A DNA stretch of 64,000 bases from an uncultured Planctomycetaceae bacterium (lineage in GTDB: Bacteria; Planctomycetota; Planctomycetia; Pirellulales; PALSA-1355): positions 352,001-416,000 of the forward strand of contig CAWAUV010000009.1 in NCBI GenBank assembly GCA_963785305.1, written 5' to 3'. Each line of letters starts with the position of its first letter. Positions within the stretch are counted from its first letter, which is position 1. Of this stretch, positions 14,468 through 25,965 are shown piece by piece. The translations under genes were made by a program, and so were the position numbers. Below the pieces are notes generated by a model that was not told the DNA's origin, made no database searches, and saw only the letters and a list, made by a program, of their open reading frames with translations.

Positions 14468-15349
14468 ATGACTCAAGTCACCGCCGAACAGCTCCGTTGG
14501 CAAAAGTTTCCCGTGCTCGACGACGGCTTCGTCACGCTCGTCGATGTGATGGGAAACGATCAGTCGGTCGTGCAAGCCGCGCGGGTGAGCTATGGCGAGG
14601 GCACGCGGAAAACGTCCGACGATCGCGGCCTGATTCGCTATCTGCTGCGGCATCGCCACACGACGCCCTTCGAGATGGCCGAGATCAAGCTCTTGATTCG
14701 GGCGCCGATGGACTGCTGGCGCCAATGGATCCGCCATCGCACGGCCAATGTCAACGAATATAGCACGCGCTATTCGCTGGCGATCGACGCCGCCCAGACC
14801 ACGCTGCCCGACGCCTGGCGCGAGCAAGCCGCGACCAATCGCCAAGGCAGCGGCGGCTTTCTCAGTCCCGAACTTGGCGCGGAGCTCTCGGCCGCCGAGC
14901 GCGAGTTTCATGCCGCGGCCCGGCGGCTCTACGAAGAACGCATCGCCCGCGGCGTGGCCCGAGAGCAAGCCCGCAAGGACTTGCCGCTGGCCACCTATAC
15001 GGAAGCCTATTGGAAGATCGATCTGCACAATCTGTTGCATTTTCTCGCGCTGCGAATGGATAGCCACGCCCAGCTCGAGATTCGCCAATATGCCACCGCG
15101 ATCGGCGAGCGGATCGTGGCGCCGCTGTTTCCGCTGGTGTGGGAAGCGTTTGTCGACTATCGGGTTGACGGGCTCTATCTCTCGCGGCTCGAGCTCGGCG
15201 TCGCCCAGCGGCTCATGGCCGCCGGCAAGGCGCCGGCCGACGAGACGGATTTTCTCGAAGCACAGGACCCCGCCTGGCGCGAAATGACTCGCTGCCGCGA
15301 GCGCGACGAATGCCGCGAGAAACTCGCGCGACTGGGGCTTGTTCGCTAG
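14468..15349 (+). CDS. thyX: FAD-dependent thymidylate synthase
   Basis: AARVSY, HTTPFE, RQWIRHRTANVNEYSTRY (RHR-x7-S), REQAR, HAQLEIR. Confidence 0.96.
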   Translation: MTQVTAEQLRWQKFPVLDDGFVTLVDVMGNDQSVVQAARVSYGEGTRKTSDDRGLIRYLLRHRHTTPFEMAEIKLLIRAPMDCWRQWIRHRTANVNEYSTRYSLAIDAAQTTLPDAWREQAATNRQGSGGFLSPELGAELSAAEREFHAAARRLYEERIARGVAREQARKDLPLATYTEAYWKIDLHNLLHFLALRMDSHAQLEIRQYATAIGERIVAPLFPLVWEAFVDYRVDGLYLSRLELGVAQRLMAAGKAPADETDFLEAQDPAWREMTRCRERDECREKLARLGLVR

Positions 15350-15487
15350 TGCGGTGTCAACGCATAATTCAGGCATCGTGTGCCATGCCCACGCTCGCGT
15401 GGGCATGTCTTCGCGCCGTGATCAATCGAGCATGCCCACGCGAGCGTGGGCATGGCACGGCAAATTCAAACTGTGACAAAGCGGTAG
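15347..15487. repeat. REP doublet (REPIN/MITE-like)
   Basis: The 28-bp self-palindromic unit GTGCCATGCCCACGCTCGCGTGGGCATG (15380-15407) has an exact inverted copy at 15431-15458. Imperfect outer inverted ends TAGTGCGGTGTCA / TGACAAAGCGGTAG. Confidence 0.8.
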
Positions 15488-15577
15488 GCTGAATCTTTTT
15501 TTCGCCGAGGCTTAGGCCGGCGCTTCACGCAAAATACGAAAGCCTGCCCGAGGCGCCCGACTTTAGGAGCACCCGCG

Positions 15578-15958
15578 ATGCCGAACGCCGTGACCGAGGA
15601 ACTGCTGAAGCTCAACCAGCAATTGCTCGAAAGCATCGCCACCGGCGATTGGAAGACCTACGAAAAGCTGTGCGACCCGTCGCTCACCTGCTTCGAGCCG
15701 GAGACCGTCGGCCAAGTGGTCGAGGGCCTCGGGTTTCACAAGTTCTACTTCGATCTCGGCGCCGCGAAGGGTCCGAGGACGACGACCATGGCGTCGCCCC
15801 ATGTGCGCCTGATGGGCGACACGGCGGTGATTTCCTACACGCGGCTCACCCAGCGGCTCGACGCCTCGGGCGCTCCCACAACCGGCCAAGCCCAAGAGAC
15901 CCGCGTCTGGCAGCGCGAAGGCGGCCAATGGCGCCACGTGCATTTTCACCGCTCGTGA
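15578..15958 (+). CDS. Stand-alone CaMKII association-domain-like (DUF4440/NTF2-like) protein
   Basis: LLESIATGDWKTYEKLCDPSLTCFEPE...EGLGFHKFYF...ETRVW...HVHFHRS; AGGAG ribosome-binding site. Confidence 0.85.
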   Translation: MPNAVTEELLKLNQQLLESIATGDWKTYEKLCDPSLTCFEPETVGQVVEGLGFHKFYFDLGAAKGPRTTTMASPHVRLMGDTAVISYTRLTQRLDASGAPTTGQAQETRVWQREGGQWRHVHFHRS

Positions 15959-15994
15959 AGCGCCGCTCGGGTCTCGTGAACCACCGCTCGGGGC

Positions 15995-17224
15995 TCACGA
16001 AAAGTCGCTCAAAGGGCCCACGGCCATGACCATCGCTTTCGACAGCGGGAAGTCTGCGAGCACGTTCTTGAGATCGTCGAGCGACACCGCGTCGACCGCG
16101 CGGAGGTCGTCGTCGACCGAGCGATATGTCCGCCGCTGAAGCCAATTGCTGCCGACATTGAATAGCCGGCCTCGCGGTCGCTCGCTGCCCAGCACGGCGC
16201 GAGCCTTGATCTTGCTCTTGGCCTGGGCCAGCTCTTCGGCCGTGATGCCCGCGGACTCGGCCTGCGCGAAGATCCGTCCCACGCGATCCAGGTTTTCCCG
16301 GGCTCGCTCCGGATCGGTCGTCATATAGGTCATGAACAGGCCCACGCCCTGATATTCGTAGTGATGGAGCGACACTTGTTCGGCGAGTCCGTTGTCGACC
16401 ATTTCCCAGTAGAGCCGGCTGCCCGAATCGTCGCCAAGCACGGTGGCGAGCAGCTTGGCGGCGTAGCGGCGGTCGTCGGTCGCCGACGGGCCGATACCCA
16501 GCCGCAGCACATATTCCATCGTGGCCGCTGGCTTGTGCAGGCAATGCTCTCCGGTGGCGCCGGTGGCGGGTTCCAAGGCTCGCTCGACAGGGTAGGGCCG
16601 CCACGCGCCGCACAACTCCTCCGCGTCGCGAATCAAGCGGTCGAAGTCCACGCGGCCGGTCGCCACCAGCGAGATGTTCGTCGGACTGTAACGGCGCTCG
16701 AAGTAATCGCGCATCGCGCCGACTTCGAGTCCTTCGATGCTGGCCACGGTGCCGAGCACGCTACGGCCGAGCGGGTGCTTGCCGAAAAAAGCCGCCTTGC
16801 ATTTGTCGTCGGCCCCGAAGGGGGGCTGATCCTCGTACATGCGGATTTCCTCGATGATCACCTGCTTCTCGGTGGCGAAGTCCTCGTCGCGCAGGCCCGG
16901 CCGCAAGAGATCGCCCAAGAGCGATGTAGTCCGGCTTTGATACTCGGGCAGCACGGAGCCGTAGTACACGGTGTGTTCTTCGCTGGTGAAGGCGTTGTAG
17001 TTCGCGCCGATTTCGTCGAACTCGCGATTCACATCGTCGGCCGAGCGGGTCGGGGTGCCCTTGAAGGCCATGTGTTCGAGAAAGTGGCTCACGCCCGACA
17101 CGGCGTCCCACTCGTCGCGCGCGCCGGCCTGCACGAAAAATCCCATCGCCAGCGAATGCGCCTCGGGATTGCATTCGGCGACGATCGACAGTCCATTGTC
17201 CAAGACATGCTTACGAAATTCCAA
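15995..17224 (-). CDS. M16 (pitrilysin-family) zinc peptidase, catalytic subunit
   Basis: GVSHFLEHMAFKGT (HxxEH), NAFTS, EKQVIIEEI. Confidence 0.92.
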   Translation of the reverse strand: MEFRKHVLDNGLSIVAECNPEAHSLAMGFFVQAGARDEWDAVSGVSHFLEHMAFKGTPTRSADDVNREFDEIGANYNAFTSEEHTVYYGSVLPEYQSRTTSLLGDLLRPGLRDEDFATEKQVIIEEIRMYEDQPPFGADDKCKAAFFGKHPLGRSVLGTVASIEGLEVGAMRDYFERRYSPTNISLVATGRVDFDRLIRDAEELCGAWRPYPVERALEPATGATGEHCLHKPAATMEYVLRLGIGPSATDDRRYAAKLLATVLGDDSGSRLYWEMVDNGLAEQVSLHHYEYQGVGLFMTYMTTDPERARENLDRVGRIFAQAESAGITAEELAQAKSKIKARAVLGSERPRGRLFNVGSNWLQRRTYRSVDDDLRAVDAVSLDDLKNVLADFPLSKAMVMAVGPLSDFS

Positions 17225-18456
17225 GAGGCGCCTCCAACGCTTGCGGTCCCACGGTGATGATCGTGAAGTCGCCGGGCGGATGCGCGGCGAGATAATCGTT
17301 GATGCTCTGGCAGCTCAGGCCATCGACCAGCGACGACACTTCGTCGAGTGTGCGCACTCGGCCCAGGTGATACCAGTCCCGCGCAATCGCGGAGCTGCGG
17401 GCCGAACTCGACTCTTGCTGCATGATCAGATTGCTTTTCACCCGGGCCTTGAGTCGTTCGAGCTCCTCGGGCCGAATGCCTTCGGCCAGCCGGGTCAATT
17501 CGCCAAGCGTGACATCGAGGCTCTCTTGGGCCCGATCGGCGCTGGTGCCGGCATAGCAAAGCACGGCGGCCCGGTCTTTCAGCGTGTGGTAGCTGGCGTA
17601 GACGCTGTAGCAGAGGCCGCGTTTCTCGCGGACTTCGGAAAATAGCCGCGAGCTCATGCCGCCGCTTAGCACGCCCACGGCGCCCGAAGCCTGAAAATAA
17701 TCGGGATCGCGATACGGCACGCTCGGATAGCCGATTGCGACTTGAGTTTGGTTGGATTCTTGTTCGATATGCCGGCGGCGCTCGAGATGGGAATTGGAAG
17801 CTGGCGGCTGCTCGACCCGGGGGCGCCAATCGCCGAACAGCCGTCCCACGGCGTCTTTGAGCCGCGGCCAATCCACCTTGCCGGCAATTCCGATGATGGC
17901 GCCATTGGGCCGAAATCCGGCCTCATAGGCGCGGCGAATGTCGCCTTCCGAAATCGCTTCGACCGCCTCGATCTCGCCGTGGCTGGGCCGGCCCCAGGGT
18001 TCGCCATAGACATGGCGCCGCAGCTCGAGCATCGCCTTTTGGCTCGGCTCGTCTTCCACGGCTCGCAGCTCTTGCAGCATCACTTGCCGAACCGGATCGA
18101 TTTCGGCCGCGGGCAACCGTGGGCGGCTGCATCAGGTCGGCATAGATTTCGAGCGCGGGAATGAGATTCTGCGAGAGCGTGGCGCCGCTATAGCTCGCGT
18201 GGCTCGCCGACACGCCTTCGCCCCGCTCGACGCCCAGATTGTCGAGATCGCGCACAAACTGCCGGCTATCGCGCGACCCACTGCCTCGAAGCGTCATTTC
18301 GCAGACAAAGCCCGCCAGCCCGCTGCGATCGGCCGGGTCCCAAGCGCTGCCGGCCGGCAGGAGCACCGTGAAGGCGGCCGAGGCAAGCGCCGTGAGCGGT
18401 TCCGCAATCAGCGTGAGGCCATTGTCGAACACATGCGAAACGATCGGCTCTTTCAC
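17211..18456 (-). CDS. M16 peptidase non-catalytic partner subunit (frameshift near 18120)
   Basis: FDNGL start region, GLAGFVCEM in place of HxxEH, SSRLFSEVREKRGLCY; overlaps the catalytic gene. Confidence 0.85.
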
Positions 18457-18737
18457 TCGGCATATCTCCCTAGTCGAACACACGGCACTTCGGAGAAGCC
18501 AACGCCTCTCAAGGAACGAAAATCAGAAGGGGACGGCAAGCGCGAGGACCCTTCGGGCATGGCCCGCGACATCGGATTCGCGGCGGTCCCCTTGGGACAT
18601 CTCCGGCCGCGATGGAGCATCGGGTCCCCGCGACACAATGTAGCCCGGCCCGGCGAGCTTCGCCAACCGCTTTTTCAGGAAGCCGCGAGGAAAATCCGCC
18701 GGCGGACAGCGGGACGGGGCGCGAGCGATCGTCGATT

Positions 18738-19297
18738 TCAAGCGCAAGCGACTTCCACCGCTTTGTACACAGTGCGCGACTTGACGAACCCCACGCTCTG
18801 ATAAAGACGGATCGCCCCGAAATTCTGCGCCGTGACTTCCAGAAACGCGGCGGCTCGAGACCCGCCCCGCGAAAACCGATCAGCGCGCGTCGCAAGAGCG
18901 CCAAGCCGAGCCCTCGGCCGCGATGTTCGGGAACGACTCCCAAATTTTGCACCGCGCCCATTCCCGAATAATCGCGAATGCCCTGGATCGTGCCGCATGG
19001 CTCGCGGCGAAGATTACCCGCGAGCGAGCGAATCAGCCAAGTGGCGTCGGGCAGGAAGCCTTCCTTTTGACGAATTTCGTGCATCAGGCGGTGACAGCCG
19101 GAGTATTCGCCCAGGCAGGGGAACACGTTGCTGTCGATCTCGCCGCGAAAGCTATTGAACTTGGCCTCGGCGTGGGCATCAACCGTGGCATCGTCCCAGG
19201 CGACGAATTCATAGCCCGGCGGCGCCAGGCAATGCGATAAATCGCCGACCCGGAGGTCGATTTCCATCCGAAAGCGTTTGAAGTAGGTAAGCCCCAT
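18738..19297 (-). CDS. GNAT-family N-acetyltransferase (frameshift near 18855)
   Basis: MGLTYFKRFRMEIDL start; LGVVPEHRGRGLG acetyl-CoA motif; LEVTAQNFGAIRLYQSVGF. Confidence 0.85.
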
Positions 19298-19689
19298 AAG
19301 ACACGGCAGCCTTTGGGCGGAGCGATGAATGCAACGAGCTCCCAGCACTAACCAAATCTATCGGCGCAACCGGCAATGGTCAACTAATCGCCCGCGAAAG
19401 TTGGCCGGGTCGAGCGCCTCGCGAGAGATCGATTCTCAAGATTCCTGCTCGCCGGCACAGCATGCTATCGTCCGCCGACCGCGGTCGATCACCGTGATTT
19501 TTCGCGGTACGGCATAATTCCTAGCAACCGAACTAAAGAAAGCGGTGGTGGCCCCATGTTCAGCAGTCGGCGGAGACCATTATACTACGATCAGCGGAGT
19601 TGAAACGATTTAACCGGAACCAGCGGCGCTTCTTTGCCGCGCGTTGGTCGGACTTAGGTCAAACACCTTGCGGCCCCCCACGGCTTGCC

Positions 19690-20957
19690 ATGAAGTTCCT
19701 TCACGCCGCCGACGTGCATCTCGACAGCCCCCTGCGCGGGCTGGTCGATTATCCCGGCGCCCCGGTCGAGCGGCTTCGCTCGGCCACCCGCCGGGCGATG
19801 GACAATCTGGTTCGGCTGGCTGTCGACGAGCGGGTTGATTTCCTGCTCATCGCTGGCGATCTGTTCGACACCGAGTGTCGAGATTTCAACTCCGCCTTGG
19901 CGGCCGTGGCCCAAATGCAGCGTCTGCACAAGGCGGGCATTCCGGTGTACATGATCCTGGGTAACCATGATTCGCGCGAGGAGATGACCCGCGAGATTCC
20001 CTGGCCGCCAAACGTGAAACTGTTCGGAGCCGACCGGCCGGAAACCGTGCTGCATGCGAAACTGCCGCTGGCCGTGCATGGCATGAGTTATCCATGCCGG
20101 GAAGTGACGGAGAACCTGGCAATCCAGTATCCGGCGCCGGTCATGGGTCGTTTCAACATCGGGCTCTTGCACACCAACGCGGGCGGCAATCCGAACCACG
20201 ATTCCTACGCGCCCACCTCGGTCGAGGAGTTGATCGCCAAGCGCTACGACTATTGGGCGCTGGGCCACATCCATCAGCCTGCCGTGCTGCATGAATCTCC
20301 GCACATCGTTTATTCGGGCAATACTCAAGGCCGCCATGCCCGCGAACTGGGCGCCAAGGGCTGCTATCTCGTCGCGGTGAACGATGGACGGATCGAGACC
20401 TGCGAGTTTCGCGAGACCGACGTGGCCCGCTGGTTTCGCGAGACGATCACGCTCGAACCCGACGACGACTCCGACGAGCTCATCGGCCGCGCTCGCGATC
20501 GACTGGAAGAGGTCATCGGCCGCGCCGACGGGCGGCTCGCCGCGGTGCGACTCGAATTCACCGGCCGCGCCAAGCGCATCGAATTCTGGCCCACGACCAG
20601 GGCAAGCAACAAATGATCACGAACCTGCGCGCCATGGCCGGAGAGCTGAGCGGCGAGGCGTGGATCGAGAAGATTGATTTCCAGGTCCGCTCGCCGCTCG
20701 ACTTGCGCGAACTCGCTCGCGGCGGCGACCTGTTGGGCGAGTTGCTGCGCGACATCGAGGCGATCGCCGACGATCCCCGCCGACTGGGCGAGCTCGCCAC
20801 GCTGCTCGAGCCGCTGATGAAAAAAGTCGGCCCCGAGCTGGCAAGCGAGCAGGGCGAATCCGCCGGCGATGAGCACGTCGCTCGCGCGCGATTAAACGCC
20901 TGGTTGGCCGATGCCCGGGATCTGTTGGTCGCCGCCCTGACCGAAACCCTGGCTTGA
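19690..20957 (+). CDS. YhaO/SbcD/Mre11-like metallophosphoesterase (DNA repair exonuclease; frameshift near 20570)
   Basis: ADVHLD, AGDLFD, GNHD, LH and ALGHIH phosphoesterase motifs. Confidence 0.9.
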
Positions 20958-20970
20958 GCGAGGAGCGGGC

Positions 20971-23900
20971 GTGAAGATTCAGCAACTCAAAATCAATCGC
21001 TTCGGCCACTTCGACCGGCGCGAGCTCGATCTGTCGGGCGCCGGCATTCGCTTGATTCACGGTCACAACGAAGCCGGCAAAACCACGCTGCTCGAATTCT
21101 TGCGATGCTGGCTGTTCGGGTTTCCGCGGTCCACGCCCTACGATTTCAAATCCGGCGGCGGCGACATTGCCGGCGAAGGCGTGTTGCTGCTGGCCGACGG
21201 CCGCGAAGTGGAGCTGCGTCGCCGCAAGGGACTGAAAAACGCGATCCATGTGAAAATCGACGGCCTGCCCACCCAACTCGACGAGCGCGGATTCGAGTCG
21301 CTCATTGGCCAGGCGAATCGCAATCTGTTCGAATCGGTCTTCGCATTTGGACTCGATCAACTCAGTCGCGGCGAGGAGAGCCTCAAAGACGACAGCATGC
21401 AATCGGCCCTATTTGGCGGCGGTTTGCCGACGGCGGTCAGCCCCGAAAAAATCTCGGCCGAGTTGGACAACGAGGCGTCGACGATTTTCAAACCCAAGGG
21501 CACGATTCCCACGATCAATGTCTTGTCGAGCGCGATCGCCGCCCTGGTTGTCGATTTGAAAAGCAAGCGACTGCGAATCGCGGATTACGTGGAGCTTCGC
21601 CGTCAAGCCGAGTCGACGAAAGCCCACGCCGCCGAGCTCGCTCAAGCGGTCGAACGCTTGCGCCGCGAGCATGTTCGGGCGGAAAAGTTCGGCGCGGGCC
21701 TGGCCGAAACACGCGGAGCTGGAGCAACTGCGCGCCGCCCGCGAAACCTTCACGGTTCCCAAGGATTGCCCGGGCGATGGGCGCGCCCGACACGGCAAAA
21801 TCGTCGAACGGCTTGCCGAACTCGAGACCGAATCCGAGCGGCGCCGCCGAACGGACGACCGCCGCGATCGCTTTGGCCGCGCTGGAACTCGACCCAAGGG
21901 CGCTCTCGTTCCGCGCCGAGATCGAAAGCTGTCTGGAGCAGCGGCAATCGCTCGTCGATGCGCAGCGTGACTTGCCGGCGGTCGAGCGGCTTTGCGAAAC
22001 CATTCGCCGCGACATCGACCGCGAACTCGCCGACCTGCGGCCCGACTGGGGACATGACGAGTTGCGGTTGTTCGCGGTGGACCTCGCCACGCGCGAGGCG
22101 TTGGATCACGTGGCGAAGAAGGCGGCGGCGATCAACATCGACGCCGAGGGGTTGCAGTCCCGCCGCGAGGCCGATCGGGCGAGATTCGAGGAAATCGAGC
22201 AGGAACTCGCGGCGCTGGGCGAGCCGCCCGATGTGTCGGTGCTCGAAGCGGCCCTGGCCGGCGGGGCGGATTATCAAACCGACAAGAAACAGCTCGAAAC
22301 AGCGGAAACCGAGTTGGCCCGAATTGAGCGGCAGCTCGCCGCGCGCGTTCGTAAGCTCACGCCACCTCTGCCGGGCGACGCCGCCGGTCCGGAGCGATTG
22401 CCGGTCGCTCGACTTGAAACGATCGCGCAATTCGAGCGAGATTTCATGGAGCTCGTCAAGCGGCGTGACTCGCTACGGCAAGCGATCGACGCCGAGGAGG
22501 AAAGCCGGCGCGATCTGGAGGAAAAACTTGCTCAGCGCGGAACCGATGGCCCAACCCCGACGCGCGAGGAATTGACCCGCCGCGCGACGAGCGCGATCGC
22601 GCCTGGCAAGCGATTCGCCGGCGGCTGGAATCCCGGGCCGGAGGCGGCGGCGGCGACGATGCCAGCGCCGCCGCGAAGGCCGGACAAGGCATGCTATTCG
22701 AGGGCGACGAGACGCCGGGCTCGGCCGAGGCTCGCGATGCTCTTGGGCCGATCAAGACCATGATCGCGACTTACGAACATACCGCCCAGCGGGCCGACGC
22801 CATCGCCGACGAGATTTTCAAGAAGGCGGAAGCCGTGGCCCGCCGCGAGGAATGGCTTCGCTTGTTGAAGGCCAGCGGCGAGCGTTTGCAGGCTAACCGG
22901 CCGCGACAGCTCGCTCTCGACGAGCAACGCGCAGCGCCTCGAAACGGATTGGCGCGACCTGTGGGCGCCTTGCGGGTTCGCTCCGCTGGCGCCCGACGCC
23001 ATGCGCCGTTGGCTCGCCGATCATGAAGCAACCTGCGAGAGCTTCGCCCAGCGCGAGAACCAGGTCGCCGCCGTCGGGCGATTGGAGGCTAGATGCGCCG
23101 CGTTCGAAGCTCGCCTGCGGTCGGCTTGCGGCGTGACCGCGGTCGAGGATTCGGCGGCCCGCGAACCGGAATCCGATGATGTCGGCGTGCTGCTCGCTTC
23201 GGCGCGCGACGCCATCTCGCGGGCAAGCGAGCATCGCAAGCGTGGTGAATCGCTGGCGCGAGAGCGCGAAAATTGCAGCCGCGGCTCGAGCGCTGCGAGC
23301 AAGAAATTCGAGCGGTCGAGGATCGTCGCGCGGCCAACGCCTTCCAGCGCCGCGAACTGCTTCGCCAACTCAATCTCCCCGACAGCCTCGACATCGAACT
23401 GGCCAGGGCATTGATCGAGCACCTGTTGACCACTCGGGTAAAGCTCGATGGTTTGCCGTCGACTCAAAGCCGCGTCGACGCCATGATCGCCACGATCAAG
23501 GGCGTCGAGGCGAAGGTGCGTCAACTCTGCCGATCCCTCGCGCCGGAACTGGAGCAGGAGCCGGCGGAGCTCGCAATCCGGAAGCTGGCGGCCCAACTGG
23601 GCCGGGCCACCGACGCCCAAAACCAACATGACGCATTGCAAGGCAAGCTGCGCGACGCCGATGCCCAACTCGAGCGAATCGCCGAGCGGCGCACGACGCT
23701 CGAAGCGGAGCAGGCCCAACTGTTCGCGGTCGTGGGCGCCGGCGACGCGGCGTCGTTTCTCGAAATCGTGACACGCCACGAAAAAATGCTTTCGCTCGAA
23801 ACGAGAATTCAAACACTCGTGGGCGAAATCGCGCTGATTCGCGCGAGCGAGCCGGCCAACGAGTTTGAACGCGCACTCCGCGAAAACGACGGCGCCGCGC

Positions 23901-24578
23901 TCGACGCCGCCCGCGATACGCTTGCCGCCCAGTTAGACGACGCCGCTCGCCGGCAACGCCAAGCCGACGCCGACGCCGGCGCGGCCCGGAGCCGCCGCCG
24001 AGCGACTCAACGGCTCCGACACTGCGGCCCGCATTGCCGAGCAGCTTGCTTGCAAGCGTGCCTTGCTCGCCGCCGAGGTCGATCGCTACGCGCCGCTTGT
24101 AATTGCCCGGCGACTACTCACCGACGCGATTCGTCGCTTCGATCACGACAATCGCCCGCAAATGATCGCCACCGTTTCGAGGTTAATGCGGCAAATGACC
24201 GATGGCCGCTTTGTGGAATTCGATCGCATGTCGAGCGACAAAAAGATGATCATGCTCCGCCGCGACGACGGCGTCGAGCTCGTGCCGAGCCAGTTAAGCG
24301 AAGGTGTGCGGCAGCAGCTTTATTTGGCGATTCGGTTGGCCTATGTGCTGCATTACTGCCGGCAAAACGAGCCGCTGCCGATCGTGATGGACGATGTGCT
24401 CGTGAATCTCGACGACGAGAACGCCCGCCGCACGCTCAAGACGCTCCATGAAATCGCGGGCTCGGTGCAGGTGCTCTTCTTCACCTGCCATCCGCATTTG
24501 GTGTCGCTGGCCCGGGAAGTCGATCCGCGGCTTGAGCCGATCGAGTTGGGTCAAGGCGAGGCGGCGGCGAGGTTGTGA
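20971..24578 (+). CDS. YhaN-like AAA/SMC-type ATPase (several frameshifts)
   Basis: Walker A GHNEAGKTT, long coiled coil, signature LSEG..QQLYLAIRLA, Walker B PIVMDDVLVNLD, FFTCH. Confidence 0.85.
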
Positions 24579-24616
24579 ATGGGGAAAGTTTTCAGGGGTC
24601 GGTTTTCGGTTTGTGG

Positions 24617-25192
24617 TTAACTGTGCATTCGGGGGGATTCGTCGCCCTCGGCGATGATTTTGGCTTCTTCGACGGCCAATTCTCGCAACCGCGAGCGAAC
24701 TTCGGCTTCGGGCGCGAATAGGGCGGCCAACCGCACATAGACGCCATGGTGCCGCGCCTCGCTCTCGAATAACGACGCGTAGAACTCGCGCAGCCGCTGG
24801 TCCGACACATGCGCGGCCAGCAGCGAAAATCGCTCGCAGCTTCGCGCCTCGATCAGTCCGCCGACGAGCAATCGATCGATCGCCCGGGCCGGATCGCCCT
24901 TGCGCACCAGTTCGTTGAGCTTTCGCCCATACGCGGCCGGCTTGATCGCGCGAAAGCGAATGCCGCGCTCGGCGAGCAGGTCGAGCACAAGCTGAAAATG
25001 CTCCATCTCCTCGATCACGATCGCCGAGAGCTCGCGGCACAGCGCCGCGTGGCCGCCATAGGCGAAGATCAGGCTCATCGCCGTGCCGGCCGCCTTTTTC
25101 TCGCAGTGCGCGTGATCGATCAAAATCGACTCCGGATCGGCGTCGACCTGCCGAAGCCAGCGCGAATCGGTGGTCGATTGAAGACTCAGCAT
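24617..25192 (-). CDS. miaE: tRNA-(ms2io6A37) hydroxylase
   Basis: DHAHCEKKAA, EEMEHF, IEARSCERF, SEARHH diiron motifs. Confidence 0.93.
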   Translation of the reverse strand: MLSLQSTTDSRWLRQVDADPESILIDHAHCEKKAAGTAMSLIFAYGGHAALCRELSAIVIEEMEHFQLVLDLLAERGIRFRAIKPAAYGRKLNELVRKGDPARAIDRLLVGGLIEARSCERFSLLAAHVSDQRLREFYASLFESEARHHGVYVRLAALFAPEAEVRSRLRELAVEEAKIIAEGDESPRMHS

Positions 25193-25524
25193 GGCGGGAT
25201 TTCCTTGTTACTCGAGCGCCGGGCCTCGCGGCCCCGATCACGCGGCGCTCAATGTAACGCGCCGCCGGCGAGCGACAAGCCGGGAGCGAGCCGATTGCTC
25301 GCGGAAGCAATTCCATGGCCGAAGCGGCGCCGCAATCGGGCGCCGCCAACCCCATGCTTTGCATGCCATGCCAGCATTCGCGGGGCTTTTTCCGATCGTC
25401 ATCGGACGCGGCTCATGGTCGCGACCGATCGGCGCCGAAAGCAACTGTTAGAGGCCCTAGGACCGGCAAAGTCGATAGCCTCGCGTCCCACGAGCAAATC
25501 GCTCCTCAAGATAAACGGTGAACG

Positions 25525-25802
25525 ATGCGACGGTATGTGGTTGGTCTGCTGCTAGCGCTGGTGGCCGGCGCGGGCCTGGTGAATGTGGGCGCGCGATTCC
25601 AGCCGCGGCGGGGCCCTACGGGATCATTCCCAATGGCTACTTCAAGCATCCCTACCACTGCTGCCCCTACAAGGGAAATTACGAGCCTTGGGGCGTTTAT
25701 TACCGGCCGTTTCCGCCGTATTATCAGCCCTATGTCGCGCCCCCCTGGGGCTGGGGCTACACCCAGCCGCCGCAAAAAGGCATGGGAGTCGGCGTGTATT
25801 AA
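25525..25802 (+). CDS. Small secreted Tyr/Pro-rich protein (frameshift near 25595)
   Basis: Signal-like MRRYVVGLLLALVAGAG joined to GPYGIIPNGYFKHPYHCCPY...PPWGWGY in the adjacent frame. Confidence 0.5.
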
Positions 25803-25820
25803 CAGCCTATCCGAGAGAAC

Positions 25821-25880
25821 ATCGGCGAGCCCTCGTCGAGCCCTCGCCCTACCCTCTCCCAAAGGGAGAGGGGGAGTTGT
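25821..25880. repeat. Inverted copy of the 956-1012 REP-like element
   Basis: Reverse complement ACAACTCCCCCTCTCCCTTTGGGAGAGGGTAGGGCGAGGG...GAGGGCTCGCCGA closely matches 956-1012; lies between convergent genes. Confidence 0.8.
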
Positions 25881-25965
25881 GGGAGATAGGCTCCAAACGC
25901 ATCCTCGAAGCGGGACCCATGCGCCGACTTGCGGCAGCGCGGCCGCGCCGCGGGATCGCGGAACC

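Noticed and set aside
15947..16000. Short CCGCTCG direct repeats between convergent genes
   Set aside because: Too short and GC-rich to support a defined element.
19690..24578. Novel defence nuclease-ATPase pair
   Set aside because: Matches the widespread YhaO/YhaN-type arrangement with no extra partner genes.
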